This document shows positions 11,883-23,491 of a stretch of 64,000 nucleotides of DNA, piece by piece (within the stretch, counting starts at the first letter, position 1; each line of letters opens with the position of its first letter). Source of the stretch: Somniosus microcephalus (taxonomy: Eukaryota); NCBI GenBank assembly GCA_052327205.1, contig CM126222.1:57846001-57910000 (forward strand), written 5' to 3'. Under the pieces are notes generated by a model. It had not been told where the DNA came from, searched no databases, and worked only from the letters and a program-made list of their open reading frames with translations. A program made the position numbers and the translations under genes.

Positions 11883-12369
11883 ACGATAGCAAAAGCTCGA
11901 GGAACAGCACCTCATCTTCCGATTAGGCACTTTACAGTCTTCCGGACTCAATATCGAGTTCAACAATTTCAGATCATAACCTCGGCCCCTATTATATTTT
12001 TATATATTTTTTATTCACACCTTTGGTTTGTGCCTTTTCCCTTTTTTTCTCTCCCACATGGCAGCTGTCTCTCTGCCAGCACATTTTGCACTTCATCTAG
12101 AGCCGTCTTTTGTCTCTTTACCTGTCCTATTACCACCTCGTCTCGTCTTGAATATCTCGTAATGTCTCTTCACCTCTCAGACTTTCCCCTTTGTTCTTTC
12201 ATCCCCTCCCCCATTTCCCAGCCCCCAAACCAGCCTTTTTATCTGTTTCATTTCCTGCTTTTTTTTCTCAGTTCTGAAGAAGGGTTTCGACCTGAAACGT
12301 TGACTCTGTTTCTCTCTCCACGGATGTTGCCTGACCTGCTGAGTTTTTCCAGCGTCTTCTGTTGCTATC
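11883..12369 (+). mobile_element. Penelope-like element 3' part with hammerhead-containing terminal repeat
   Basis: KLEEQHLIFRLGTLQSSGLNIEFNNFR coding remnant; 12-bp TSD ATGTATTACAAT (11871, 12370). Confidence 0.8.
12270..12305 (+). ncRNA. Minimal type I hammerhead ribozyme motif, intact core, sense to the RNF213 pre-mRNA
   Basis: AGTT-CTGAAGA-A-GGGT-TTCG-ACCT-GAAA-CGTT-GACT: CUGANGA and GAAA cores, helix II with UUCG loop, palindromic ACGU helix III, helix I AGUU/GACU. Confidence 0.75.
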
Positions 12370-12544
12370 ATGTATTACAATTATCAGCAACACTGTGTTT
12401 ATTAGCTATAGTGTCGATGCAGCAATGTGCCTGCCCAACTGCACGCTTCACTCATTCCAATCCAGCTTCAACCCCTTTTTGCCCTGTAGAAGGGGCCTGA
12501 ATTCTATTGCAGTGATAAACTGATGGCGTGTGCTTGATTTACAG

Positions 12545-12703
12545 AACAGAAACACCCAGCCCATCAGAAGACGAGATCCTTTCAAGTTCATGCTGAAAAT
12601 CTGCTGTCAAGGAGAGAAGAAGAACTTAAAGCCTTTCTGAATGAGAAAAGTGCCATCGGAACACTAATAAATATGATTAAGAAAATTCATGAAACTATTA
12701 CAG
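12545..12703 (+). CDS. RNF213: RNF213 exon 5 QKHPAH...LLSRREEELKAF...IHETIT
   Basis: ttacag acceptor, CAG|gtacag donor, phase 1/1. Confidence 0.85.
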
Positions 12704-13009
12704 GTACAGTATTGATCAAACTTCCCTTTCTGAAGATGGTGCACGTGTTATTTGAGAAGCTGATCGACAAAGGAGAGACTACAGATCAGGGAATTCTCAG
12801 TAATTGTTTATTTATTTAACGTAACGTGAATCTTTCAAACAAAAGGTTTTTTTTAACCTAAACTTGTAAGCACGTTTGGACACAATATGGGAATAATTAC
12901 CACAGTTTGAAGCAGGAATAATCTGCATTGCCACTCACTATAATACCTTCTCACACGCCACAAACTCTGATATATACACATATTGTTTTGAATGAATAAA
13001 GAAAATATT

Positions 13010-13638
13010 GGCCCGTATTTTCCGATTGCAGGCCTCCCACGGGCAGAGGCCTGTGATCTGGAAAAATCTGTCCCCTTTACCTGAGGGCTCCCGGGACGCA
13101 CACGCTTCCACTCCTGGGCCTCACCAAACTCCAAGTGCGCAGGGCCCAGGAAGACCTGTCAAATATATGAATGGAGATCAATGAAAAAACATAGTAAAAC
13201 TTTAAATACATTTTTTTTTTTAAATCACATTTTTAAAATGACTTGAAATTACAATAAATTAAGTATTTTAAACAAAAATTTAACTTTTTGAAAAAAATAA
13301 TTATAGTTTTTTACAGGGCTAAAAATAAACTTACCTTTTTTAAAGTATTTTTTAAATGATAAATCAGTGAAAAAATTTTTTTTCACTTCTTTTCAACTCT
13401 TATCCTGGTAAAAGCAGGCCGTACGCTTTTACCAGGCGTAAAAATTGTAAGTGTTTTCTGCAAGCAGAGGGTCTGCAAAAAGTGGAACTATTCGACCAGG
13501 GCAGCCGGAGGTTCTGTCAAGATCGGAAATGCCGGTTTTCAGCACATGCGCTGTGCATGCCTGAAACCGGCATTTCCGATGTCCCTACGGGTGGGTACAC
13601 AGCGCGTACACACCAGCAGGGATCGGAATATATGGACC
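13010..13638. mobile_element. MITE, PIF/Harbinger-like
   Basis: Imperfect TIR GGCCCGTATTTTCCG/CGGAATATATGGACC; 3-bp TSD ATT on both sides. Confidence 0.7.
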
Positions 13639-13962
13639 ATTGACACATTTACTGGGTCTAACATTTCACCTCGAGAAATGATCATTATGGAGGCCAAATA
13701 CTTCTGTTCTTTTATGACCTTGTAGATGTCTTTTTCTGGCACAGGCACAATGGGCCAAATGGCTTCCTTCCATGCTGTATCATTCGATGATTCTATGTGG
13801 GAATGTGATCGTTATTTGTGCATTTAGTTGCAAAATTCCAATTCATTATTTGGAACCTTCTCTTCATAGTAACTCCAATCATCTATATTCTATGAATGTA
13901 ATCGTTGTTACTTTTCGATCATAATAGAGTTCCTGAGTGCATGGTCTGTTCAGAAAGATGTA

Positions 13963-14663
13963 GGGCACGAAATTAGGTAGCGCTAACTTTTAACTTTTTG
14001 AAAAGTCTGCGCCCAGTGAAATCCATTGAAAAATTGTTGCAAAATTGGACGTTTTGGCCCCGGGAGTGAAGTGGGACGGTAAATGAGGCACTAATGGTCT
14101 CAGTGGAGTGCTGCAGGGGCGCTATTGCCAGAGCACTACGCAGTTTCAGCTGATTTGCGTCCAGCTATCAGCCTTCAAGCCTTGACTCTGGCTTATTCCA
14201 GCTCTTAAAGGGGAGGTCATTTCAAGCTGCAGCTGCTCATTGTCAGCATTGCTGCTCTTGAGTGCGACCTCTCAGCGACTGAGACAGCTTTGTGCCATGG
14301 CTGCTGAGAGGGAGAGGGCTACTCGATTCAGCGATGAGGAATTGGATATGTTCAGCAGAGTTATGGCCGACAAAAAAGTTTCCCCAATATGGCGCCTTTA
14401 AATAGCGTACGCGGAGCCCACTCCTGACTGCAACTCGACAGCTGATGCTGTCGTCGTTAGCGCCAGGCGGTAAGTGCGGGGGCGCAGACGAATTTTGCAC
14501 CAGGGCACTGTGCACAGCGATGACGTCATCATCGCCGGGCGCGGCTGAGCAGGGCGGTACCTACAGGAGCGGGCGCTAACTCTTAGCACCTCCGCAAAAA
14601 CCCGGCCCAATTTAGCCCATGGAGGCGCTAACGGCAGGCGCAAAGCAGCCAAATTTCGCACCC
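13963..14663. mobile_element. GC-rich MITE, PIF/Harbinger-like
   Basis: TIR GGGCACGAAATT/AATTTCGCACCC; internal motifs similar to the 6002 family. Confidence 0.7.
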
Positions 14664-15104
14664 ATAAGTTTTCATAAAAAGGAATATTTTTCCAATTTTA
14701 GCTCATATTCTGATTAAAACAATAATTATTGGCCAGGGTTTATAAGATGAAAATGAAGCTGTTAAATTATTTTATTCTGGATGGCCAAATGACAATGTTT
14801 TTAATCATCAACTAAGTGAGCACAGGGCAATCGATCTAACAACTGGGGTTGGCATTTTCCCTCAAGTCACAAGTTAATGGGCACAATTTTGCTCAGAAAG
14901 ACTTGTACCACAGCCTGGATGTGCACAGTTCGAGTAACTCAATACCTTGTTAATAAATTCAAGAGGAGTGCTGCTGGATATCAAAATGTTTTAAAACAAA
15001 ATATCAGCCATAAAACTGTACAGCCGCTAGAAAAGTTTAAAAACCTCAAACACAGCAGTACTAGCAACCAAAATGTCCTTTAATTTAAGAAATTAGCTTT
15101 ATTG

Positions 15105-15440
15105 TTAAGGTGTTCAAAATCATGAGGGGTCTGGACAGAGTAACTGTTCCCATTGGCAGAAGGGTCACGAACCAAAGGACACAGATTTAAGGGGATTGGC
15201 AGAAGAACCAAAGGCGACATGAGGAAAAACTTTTTTACTCAGCGAGTGGTTAGGATCTGGAATGCACTGCCTGAGAGGGTGGTGGAATCAGACTCAATCA
15301 TGGCTTTCAAAATAAGTACCTGAAAGAAAATTTGCAGGGATACGGGGAAAGGGCGGGGGAGTGGGACCAGCTGAGGTGCTCTTGCAGAGAGCTGGCACAG
15401 GCTCGATGGGCCTTCTTCTGTGCTGTAACCATTCTAGGAT
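15105..15440 (+). mobile_element. CR1 LINE 3' fragment
   Basis: TKGHRFK...RKNFFTQRVVRIWNALP remnant and CR1 tail. Confidence 0.8.
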
Positions 15441-15505
15441 TGTTAAAATGTTTTATAAGTTAGTGGGTCACTCTTCTATTTTTATGGCTGTATTTGCCGT
15501 TAATA

Positions 15506-15964
15506 CAGGAAACTCTTTTTTATCCGGCACCGACGGGACCGGCGTGGTGCCGGTTGATCAAAAAGTCCGGATTACAGAGAGGCATACTTACTAAGGTATG
15601 AGAGCCCCGTACACGGCCACAGATCCAGGCATCCCTAGGTGCGGGAACCCCGGTTACATGGCCACAGATCCGGGCGTCCTTGTTGCATGGCAACAGGTGC
15701 GGGAACCCCGGTTACACGGCCACAGATCCAGGCATCCCTGTTGCATGGCAACAGGTGCGGGAACCCCGGTTACATGGCCACAGATCCAGGCGTCCTTGCT
15801 GCATGGCAACAGGTGCAGGAACCCCGGTTACACGGCCACAGATCCAGGAACCCCGGTTACACGGCCACTAATATGAAGTAAAACTTACCTGAACCTACTC
15901 CTGAATTTTGCCGGTTAAGAGAGATTTCCGGTTATTTAGGTGCCGGTAAAAAGAGAGTTTCCTG
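15506..15964 (+). mobile_element. Tc1/mariner (pogo/Tigger-like) MITE with internal 58-bp tandem array
   Basis: TA|CAGGAAACTCT...AGAGTTTCCTG|TA; GCCACAGATCC at 15661, 15719, 15777, 15835. Confidence 0.88.
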
Positions 15965-16214
15965 TAAATATTGAGGTGAATACTGCACATGACACTTGTA
16001 TAATTTTAATCTGGTAGTACCTGTCTGTTTGAAGATCTGCTCATTAATTGTAAATTCTAATCTAAAGTTCTCAATTTTATTGTCTGAACTGAAACTTAAA
16101 CTGATTAAAAACTTAGTTTGTCAAATCTAAATATTTTCAATGTCCTTCAAATCTACGCATAATTGACGGTGAATGATGCTGCTTAAGAAATACCTGTGCC
16201 TGCTTGCTTTGCAG

Positions 16215-16792
16215 TCACTGACATAACTTCCCTCGAAGAAAAGCACGGTGCCAGTATCCAATCCATGAGACTCAATGAACTCGTCGAAACAAGATGCTGG
16301 ACAGATGAAAAATCTAAAAATCAGTCTGCTCCCGATGTTAAATATTATAACCTGAGGGGTGATGTTAACCGTATGGCAGTTACAATGCATGAACTCACAG
16401 ACAGCAGCGTTCTTCTGAACTGCTGGCTGCAAGCCACAGAAGCGTCCAACTACGATGAAGAAACTTTGGAAGACCTCTGCACCGGGATCTGGGACCTTTC
16501 CTGGACTGATTACAAAAACCTGTGCAGGAAAACTAAACAGGGTACCATAACATTCCAGGAGATTGACAGGATGTTTTTCGATCTTAGAGAACGCTCGGAT
16601 GATATAAAGAATGAGTTATCCATCATGTTCAAAGTGGTAAACCGAGAAGCTTTCCCTCAGGAGAGGCTTAATCAGATCAAAGAGTATTATAAACTTCACT
16701 TCGCTGTCAATTCTGCACGAGCAATTCAAGACGTAGTGAAGGAGTTAGAACTGCAGGGTGACTTCAGTAAAATTCAGAGCTTATCTAAAATA
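16215..16792 (+). CDS. RNF213: RNF213 exon 6 TDITSLEEK...ERLNQIKEYY...LQGDFSKIQSLSKI
   Basis: Inside ORF 16196..16846; ttgcag acceptor, ATA|gtaagt donor, phase 1/0. Confidence 0.92.
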
Positions 16793-17333
16793 GTAAGTAT
16801 AATTGCTTGTAGATTAGTAACTTTATTGTCATGCAGTTATTGGTAAATGGACCTTTAAGCCCCACTTTCCAAAATAGAACAAATCTTGGACTAGCTGTTG
16901 GCTTTATTATTTACTTGTTATTAGTGTTGGCTTTTGGCTTGGGGGGATGTTATATTCTGTTTCTTGGATTAATGGTAGTTGATGAAGTTGCATGATATCT
17001 CTGAATTATATAAATATTAACCACATTATCATGGCTGAAATGTAATAGCTGGAGAAGGATTAACTATAAAACATGGCAGGTCACAGTAGTAATAACTTCC
17101 AGATAGCGTAGTGGAGGTGAAAACTCATAACAAGAAAATAAAAAGAATTGTCTATTATTTACTGATAGTAAAATGAGGAGAATTATCAGCAATAAATAGT
17201 CTGCTACATTCCACAGTTTTAATGATTCATTTACATGAACAATTCAGTACTGACCACATAATTAGATCACAGGTACAATTTGCCAGTGTCATTTTGCCCT
17301 ACAGCCAATATCTTTTTTTTCATTGTTATTCAG

Positions 17334-17493
17334 AAGGAAGACTCTTTCAAAAAACAACCTCTAGATTACATTGACAAAGACTTAATTAATACCAAACAAC
17401 TATTAGTGAAAATTACTCCGAAATGCACAGAGTGCTTAGAGGAATTTGTTCGAAAGCAGACATTTGTAAAGTGGGTGAAAGAAGCTCTGACAA
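17334..17493 (+). CDS. RNF213: RNF213 exon 7 KEDSFKKQPL...FVKWVKEALT
   Basis: ttcag acceptor (tandem cag/aag), CAA|gtaagt donor, phase 0/1. Confidence 0.9.
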
Positions 17494-17632
17494 GTAAGTA
17501 GAAATATCATTATTTGATTTTTGGATTTAATTCTGGCTTTCCTTTTGCCGCTGTTGCTAGAATTGAAAACATTTTTGCCGGTTCTATTTTATTGACACTT
17601 TTTCTTTCTCTCTCTCTTTCTCTGTCACTCAG

Positions 17633-17850
17633 ATTTAAGGGAAGTAAAAGTCTTTGTGGACCTCGCTTCCATATCAGCTGGAGAAAATGACATGGAAATT
17701 GATCGTGTCGCCTGCTTCCATGACGCAGTGATGGGATATTCTCCCTTCATTTACGAACTGCAACAGGACACAAATTTTGAAGAGTTGATGACTTCTGTAG
17801 GCAAAATCCAGAAGGCTCTTCAAAGTGATCCACAGCTTCCAGATAAACTG
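17633..17850 (+). CDS. RNF213: RNF213 exon 8 LREVKVFVDLASISAGEND...LPDKL
   Basis: Polypyrimidine tract plus ag, CTG|gtaata donor, phase 1/0; conserved RNF213 peptide. Confidence 0.95.
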
Positions 17851-17993
17851 GTAATAACCTGAACATATTTTAATTCTGGCCCACTCAGTCGCCGGGAGTC
17901 TGCAAATTTACTTTAGTTTGATGCTTCAACTCTGGAACTGACCGAGACTACTGAAGCTGTGAACTCCAAATTTTAATTTCTTTCTTCCTTTAG

Positions 17994-18140
17994 AGAGATT
18001 CAGCTCGTTATTTGGAGTGGCTGAAAACCTTGAGGGAAAGTCATGGATCTGTAGAAACTTCCGCCCTGTCTCTCGCAGCAGCCATCAATAACAAAGGAAT
18101 GTATACAGTGGGCAACTTTGAACAACTGCATGAAGAAAAG
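17994..18140 (+). CDS. RNF213: RNF213 exon 9 RDSARYLEWLK...HGSVE...LHEEK
   Basis: ctttag acceptor, AAG|gtactt donor, phase 0/0. Confidence 0.92.
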
Positions 18141-18212
18141 GTACTTGCATCTGAACAGAGGGTTAGTAAAACCAGGTGTAAGAAGGAAGCTGTGGTGATG
18201 CTTCAACTGTGG

Positions 18213-20671
18213 TAGGGTGAGGTTGGTTAGGTGGTCCTAGGGTGGGGTTGGGTTAGGTGGTTCGAGGGTGAGGTTGGGTTAGGTGGTTCGAGGGTGAGGT
18301 TGGGTTAGGTGGTTCTAGGGTGAGGTTGGGTTAGGTGGTTCGAGGGTGAGGTTGGGTTAGGTGGTTCGAGGGTGAGGTTGGTTAGGTGGTCCTAGGGTGA
18401 GGTTGGGTTAGGTGGTTCGAGGGTGAGGTTGGTTAGGTGGTTCGAGGGTGAGGTTGGGTTAGGTGGTTCGAGGGTGAGGTTGGGTTAGGTGGTTCGAGGG
18501 TGAGGTTGGTTAGGTGGTCCTAGTGTGAGGTTGGTTAGGTGGTTCGAGGGTGAGGTTGGGTTAGGTGGTTCGAGGGTGAGGTTGGGTTAGGTGGTCCTAG
18601 GGTGAGGTTGGTTAGGTGGTTCTAGGGTGAGGTTGGGTTACGTGGTTCTAGGGTGAGGTTGGGTTAGGTGGTTCTAGGGTGAGGTTGGGTTAGGTGGTTC
18701 GAGGGTGAGGTTGGGTTAGGTGGTTCTAGGGTGAGGTTGGTTAGGTGGTCCTAGGGTGAGGTTGGGTTAGGTGGTTCTAGGGTGAGGTTGGGTTAGGTGG
18801 TTCGAGGGTGAGGTTGGGTTAGGTGGTTCTAGGGTGAGGTTGGTTAGGTGGTTCGAGGGTGAGGTTGGGTTAGGTGGTTCTAGGGTGAGGTTGGGTTAGG
18901 TGGTCCTAGGGTGAGGTTGGGTTAGGTGGTTCGAGGGTGAGGTTGGGTTAGGTGGTTCGAGGGTGAGGTTGGGTTAGGTGGTTCGAGGGTGAGGTTGGGT
19001 TAGGTGGTTCTAGGGTGAGGTTGGATTAGGTGGTTCGAGGGTGAGGTTGGGTTAGGTGGTTCGAGGGTGAGGTTGGGTTAGGTGGTTCTAGGGTGAGGTT
19101 GGGTTAGGTGGTCCTAGGGTGAGGTTGGGTTTGGTGGTTCTAGGGTGAGGTTGGGTTAGGTGGTTCTAGGGTGAGGTTGGGTTAGGTGGTCCTAGGGTGA
19201 GGTTGGGTTTGGTGGTTCTAGGGTGAGGTTGGGTTAGGTGGTTCTAGGGTGAGGTTCGGCTTTGTGGTTCTAGGGTGAGGTTGGGTTAGGTGGTTCTAGG
19301 TTGAGGTTGGGTTAGGTGGTTCGAGGGTGAGGTTGGGTTAGGTGGTTCGAGGGTGAGGTTGGGTTAGGTGGTCCTAGGGTGAGGTTGGGTTAGGTGGTTC
19401 GAGGGTGAGGTTGGGTTAGGTGGTTCTAGGGTGAGGTTGGGTTAGGTGGTCCTAGGGTGAGGTTGGGTTTGGTGGTTCTAGGGTGAGGTTGGGTTAGGTG
19501 GTTCTAGGGTGAGGTTGGGTTAGGTGGTCCTAGGGTGAGGTTGGGTTTGGTGGTTCTAGGGTGAGGTTGGGTTAGGTGGTTCTAGGGTGAGGTTCGGCTT
19601 TGTGGTTCTAGGGTGAGGTTGGGTTAGGTGGTTCTAGGTTGAGGTTGGGTTAGGTGGTTCGAGGGTGAGGTTGGGTTAGGTGGTTCGAGGGTGAGGTTGG
19701 GTTAGGTGGTCCTAGGGTGAGGTTGGGTTAGGTGGTTCGAGGGTGAGGTTGGGTTAGGTGGCTCGAGGGTGAGGTTGGGTTAGGTGGTCCTAGGGTGAGG
19801 TTGGGTTAGGTGGGTCTAGGGTGAGGTTGGGTTAGGTGGTTCGAGGGTGAGGTTGGGTTAGGTGGTTCGAGGGTGAGGTTGGGTTAGGTGGTTCTAGGGT
19901 GAGGTTGGGTTAGGTGGTTCGAGGGTGAGGTTGGGTTAGGTGGTCCTAGGGTGAGGTTGGGTTGGGTGGTTCTAGGGTGAGGTTGGGTTAGGTGGTTCTA
20001 GGGTGAGGTTGGGTTAGGTGGTTCGATGGTGAGGTTGGGTTAGGTGGTTCGAGGGTGAGGTTGGGTTAGGTGGTTCGAGGGTGAGGTTCGGTTAGGTGGT
20101 TCGAGGGTGAGGTTGGGTTAGGTGGTTCTAGGGTGAGGTTGGATTAGGTGGTTCGAGGGTGAGGTTGGGTTAGGTGGTTCGAGGGTGAGGTTGGGTTAGG
20201 TGGTTCGAGGGTGAGGTTGGGTTAGGTGGTTCGAGGGTGAGGTTGGGTTAGGTGGTTCTAGGGTGAGGTTGGGTTAGGTGGTTCGAGGGTGAGGTTGGGT
20301 TACGTGGTTCGAGGGTGAGGTTGGGTTAGGTGGTTCTAGGTTGAGGTTGGGTTAGGTGGTTCGAGGGTGAGGTTGGGTTACGTGGTTCGAGGGTGAGGTT
20401 GGGTTAGGTGGTTCTAGGTTGAGGTTGGGTTAGGTGGTTCGAGGGTGAGGTTGGGTTAGTTGGTTCTAGGGTGAGATTGGGTTAGGTGGTTCGAGGGTGA
20501 GGTTGGGTTAGGTGGTTCTAGGGTGAGGTTGGGTTAGGTGGTTCGAGGGTGAGGTTGGGTTAGGTGGTTCGAGGGTGAGGTTGGGTTAGGTGGTTCGAGG
20601 GTGAGGTTGGGTTAGGTGGTTCGAGGGTGAGGTTGGGTTAGGTGGTTCGAGGGTGAGGTTGGGTTTGGTGG
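18213..20671 (+). repeat. G-rich minisatellite, 26-bp unit (G/T)AGGGTGAGGTTGGGTTAGGTGGT(T/C)C, about 95 copies
   Basis: Directly visible; some 25-bp variant units. Confidence 0.97.
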
Positions 20672-21394
20672 GCCAGGGCAATGCTGGAAATAGAACCCTT
20701 ATTGACAAGACTGAGCACTCTCAGGTCAGATATACCATAGGTCAAATTCAAAGCAAAGGCTGCCACTACTTTGCCCCAACACTGTGCTTTAACTCCAAAC
20801 TCATAAAACCTCACCCTTTTACACCTGTGTGAATTTCTTCCATTTCTCACATCAGTTATATACAGAGGTAAATGTCACGCACGCAAATTCCTGATATAGA
20901 CTCTCACCACACAAAGCTCTGTGCCAGTAGCGCTAAAGATGACAACTTAGCTCATGGTTTCTCAAATTGATATCCAGTAGGGATTATGTTGCGACACCAC
21001 ATAGTCATTTCACATACATAAAGGGAACTTCTATCCTGGGTTCACTTAGTGGTGAAAAGACAGTCCGCTAAAGCAGTTCCATCACACTCCCCATCAATGA
21101 CTAGTTTAGCCCTGAAATAATAGAAGTAGAACAGGAGTTGGACCAGAATCTGTATTTTATCGAGTTTGTGTGAATCTTTCCCTTTCCGTCAGCACTGATT
21201 TAGTTGATAGATTTCTTAGTTTCCCCATGAGTGGCTTAGACTATGTTGGTTCAGGCCCTGGTCACAAGATAGTCGCCTCTCACACCACCACCCCAAGTGA
21301 CAGAAACAGATTGCCTCAAACTGATGAAAGCACACAATAGTAGCAGCTGACCAAGTTAAGTGTTGCATGGCACAGAGACTCTGATACTTAGGGA

Positions 21395-21864
21395 AAAAAA
21401 GAAAGACTTGCATTTATATAGCGCCTTTCACGACCACCGGACGTCTCAAAGCGCTTTACAGCCAATGAAATATTTTTGAAGTGGAGTCACTGTTGTAATG
21501 TGGAAAACGCGGCAGCCAATTTGCGCACGGCAAGCTCCCACAAACAGCAATGTGATAATGACCAGATAATCTGTTTTTGTTATGTTGGTTGAGGGATAAA
21601 TATTGGCCAGGACACCGGGGATAACTCCCCTGCTCTTCTCCGAAATAGTGCCATGGGATCTTTTACGTCCACCTGAGAGAGCAGACGGGGCCTCGGTTTA
21701 ACGTCTCATCCAAAAGATGGCACCTTCGACAGTGCAGCGTTCCCTCAGCACTGCACCGGAGTGTCAGCCTAGCTTTAATGTGCTCAAGTCCCCTGGAATG
21801 GGACTTTGAACCCACAACCTTCTGACTCAGAGGCGAGTGTGCTACCAACTGAGCCACTGGCTGA
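21395..21864 (-). mobile_element. tRNA-derived Deu-domain SINE (SacSINE1-like) with L2-type tail
   Basis: Minus-strand A-box TGGCTCAGTTGG and B-box GGTTCAAAGTCC; tail GCGCTATATAAATGCAAG. Confidence 0.8.
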
Positions 21865-22489
21865 CACTGTGTGATGATGCAGACATGTCCAACTAAAACA
21901 CAACCAACAGCTGACCACTGATACAGCCTCAACAACCTGACAACTCAAAAACATAGTATTACATAGAAATGTTAACATGGAAGAATGCCATTCAGCCCAA
22001 CCAGCCTGTTTTGGTATTCATCCCCCACACGAGCAGTAGTCCTAATTCCCATATGCCCACCTTGTTCCCATATTCCTTTATTTCCCTTTCCTTCAACCAC
22101 TGCTCTAACCTAATCTTAAATGTTGAATTGGTCTCTGCAGGTGAGTATACTCGTCAGGAACTCACAAGTATTTTATATACCCTCACTTGTTCACCATAAT
22201 GAAGGGGACTCACAGCGAATAATTGAAATTGGCAGTTAATTCAGAGTCTCCCGTTTTGCCATTTAAATAAAAAAGATAATTTGTCTGACTGCTGACAGCC
22301 TTGATTCCTGCTGCTGCTTATGGAAAATACTTGTGTTACTTTTCCCCCACAATGACATCATTAGAGGAATTAATGGCTCAGAATAGGGCTGACTAGAGGC
22401 AGCATTCACTATCAGTGGACTTACTTTTGTGGGTGATTTCAATATTTTGAAGTCTCCTGCTCTGCATCACATAAAAGGAGGTAGATAAC

Positions 22490-23255
22490 TTAAGGTGATC
22501 GGCAAAAGAACCAGAGACGACGTGAGGGAAAACTTTTTTATGCAACGAGTGGTTAGGATTTGGAATGCACTGCCTTGTGCCTGGGGTGGTGGAAAAAGAT
22601 TCAATACAGGTAGACTATCCTTTATCCGAAAACCTCGGGACCAGCCGTGTTTCGGTTTTCAGAGAATTCCGGATTTCGGAAGGTGGGTCGGCGGGGGGTC
22701 GTGTGCACGAATTACGCTGACGCTCAGCGTAAGTCGGCGGGGGTCGGGGTCGGCGGGGGTCGGGGCCGGCGGGGGTCGGCGGGGGTCGGGGCCGGTGGGG
22801 GTCCGCGGGGGGGTCGTGCGCACGACTTACGCTGACGCTCAGCGTAAGTCGGCGGGGGTCAGGGTCGGCGGGGGTCGGGGCCGGCGGGGGGGTCGGCGGG
22901 GGTCGGGGCCGGCGGGGGTCCGCGGGGGTCGGGGCTGGCGGGGGTCCGCGGGGGGGTCCGCGGGGGTCGGGGCCGGCGGGGGATCGTGCGCACGACTTAC
23001 ACTGGACTTACGCTGAACGAAAAAACCTTCGGTTTTTAGAGGGTTTCGGTTTTCGGAAGTTCGGATAAAGGGTAGTCTACCTGTAGTAGTTTTCAAAAGG
23101 GAATCGGATAAATACTTGAAGAAGAAAAAATTGCAGGGATATGGGGAAAGAGCAGGAGAAGTGGGACTAACTGGATTGCTCTTCGAAAGCCAGTGCAGAC
23201 TCGATGGGCCAAATGGCCTCCTTCTGTGCTGTACTGTTCTATGATTCTATGATGA
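22490..23255 (+). mobile_element. CR1 3' fragment interrupted by a MITE
   Basis: RENFFMQRVVRIWNALP; resumes at 23084; ATTCTATG tail. Confidence 0.8.
22607..23083. mobile_element. Tigger-like MITE with G-rich CpG-dense core
   Basis: TA|CAGGTAGACTATCCTTTATCCGAA...TTCGGATAAAGGGTAGTCTACCTG|TA. Confidence 0.88.
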
Positions 23256-23491
23256 TATGAATGGAAAGCATTCACCACTAGACCACCATGCCCAGAGGCG
23301 TATTTACTATCAGCTTCTGATTATATAGAAAAACATACACTTTCAATAAAGCGTACACAGTACATCCCTACCCTTCACATAAAACCAGAAGCTTGTTCTC
23401 TGCTAATTAATTTTCTGTGAGTTGTATGCAACCCATAGTGTTGGATCGAAGTCGTGCTGTTTGATCTGAATTTATTTATAATCTTGTTTAG

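Noticed and set aside
11871-12500. 209-aa ORF as a novel gene
   Set aside because: It spans a Penelope-like remnant and pyrimidine-rich low-complexity sequence, out of frame with the element's coding remnant.
15598-15881. Overlapping repetitive ORFs (REPRLHGHRS...)
   Set aside because: These are translations of the 58-bp MITE array in several frames.
18213-20671. CRISPR array or true interstitial telomere
   Set aside because: Units are contiguous with no unique spacers, and there is no (TTAGGG)n run; it is a 26-bp minisatellite in a vertebrate intron.
22495-23096. Gly/Arg-rich and Pro-rich ORFs
   Set aside because: They arise from the low-complexity G-rich MITE interior.
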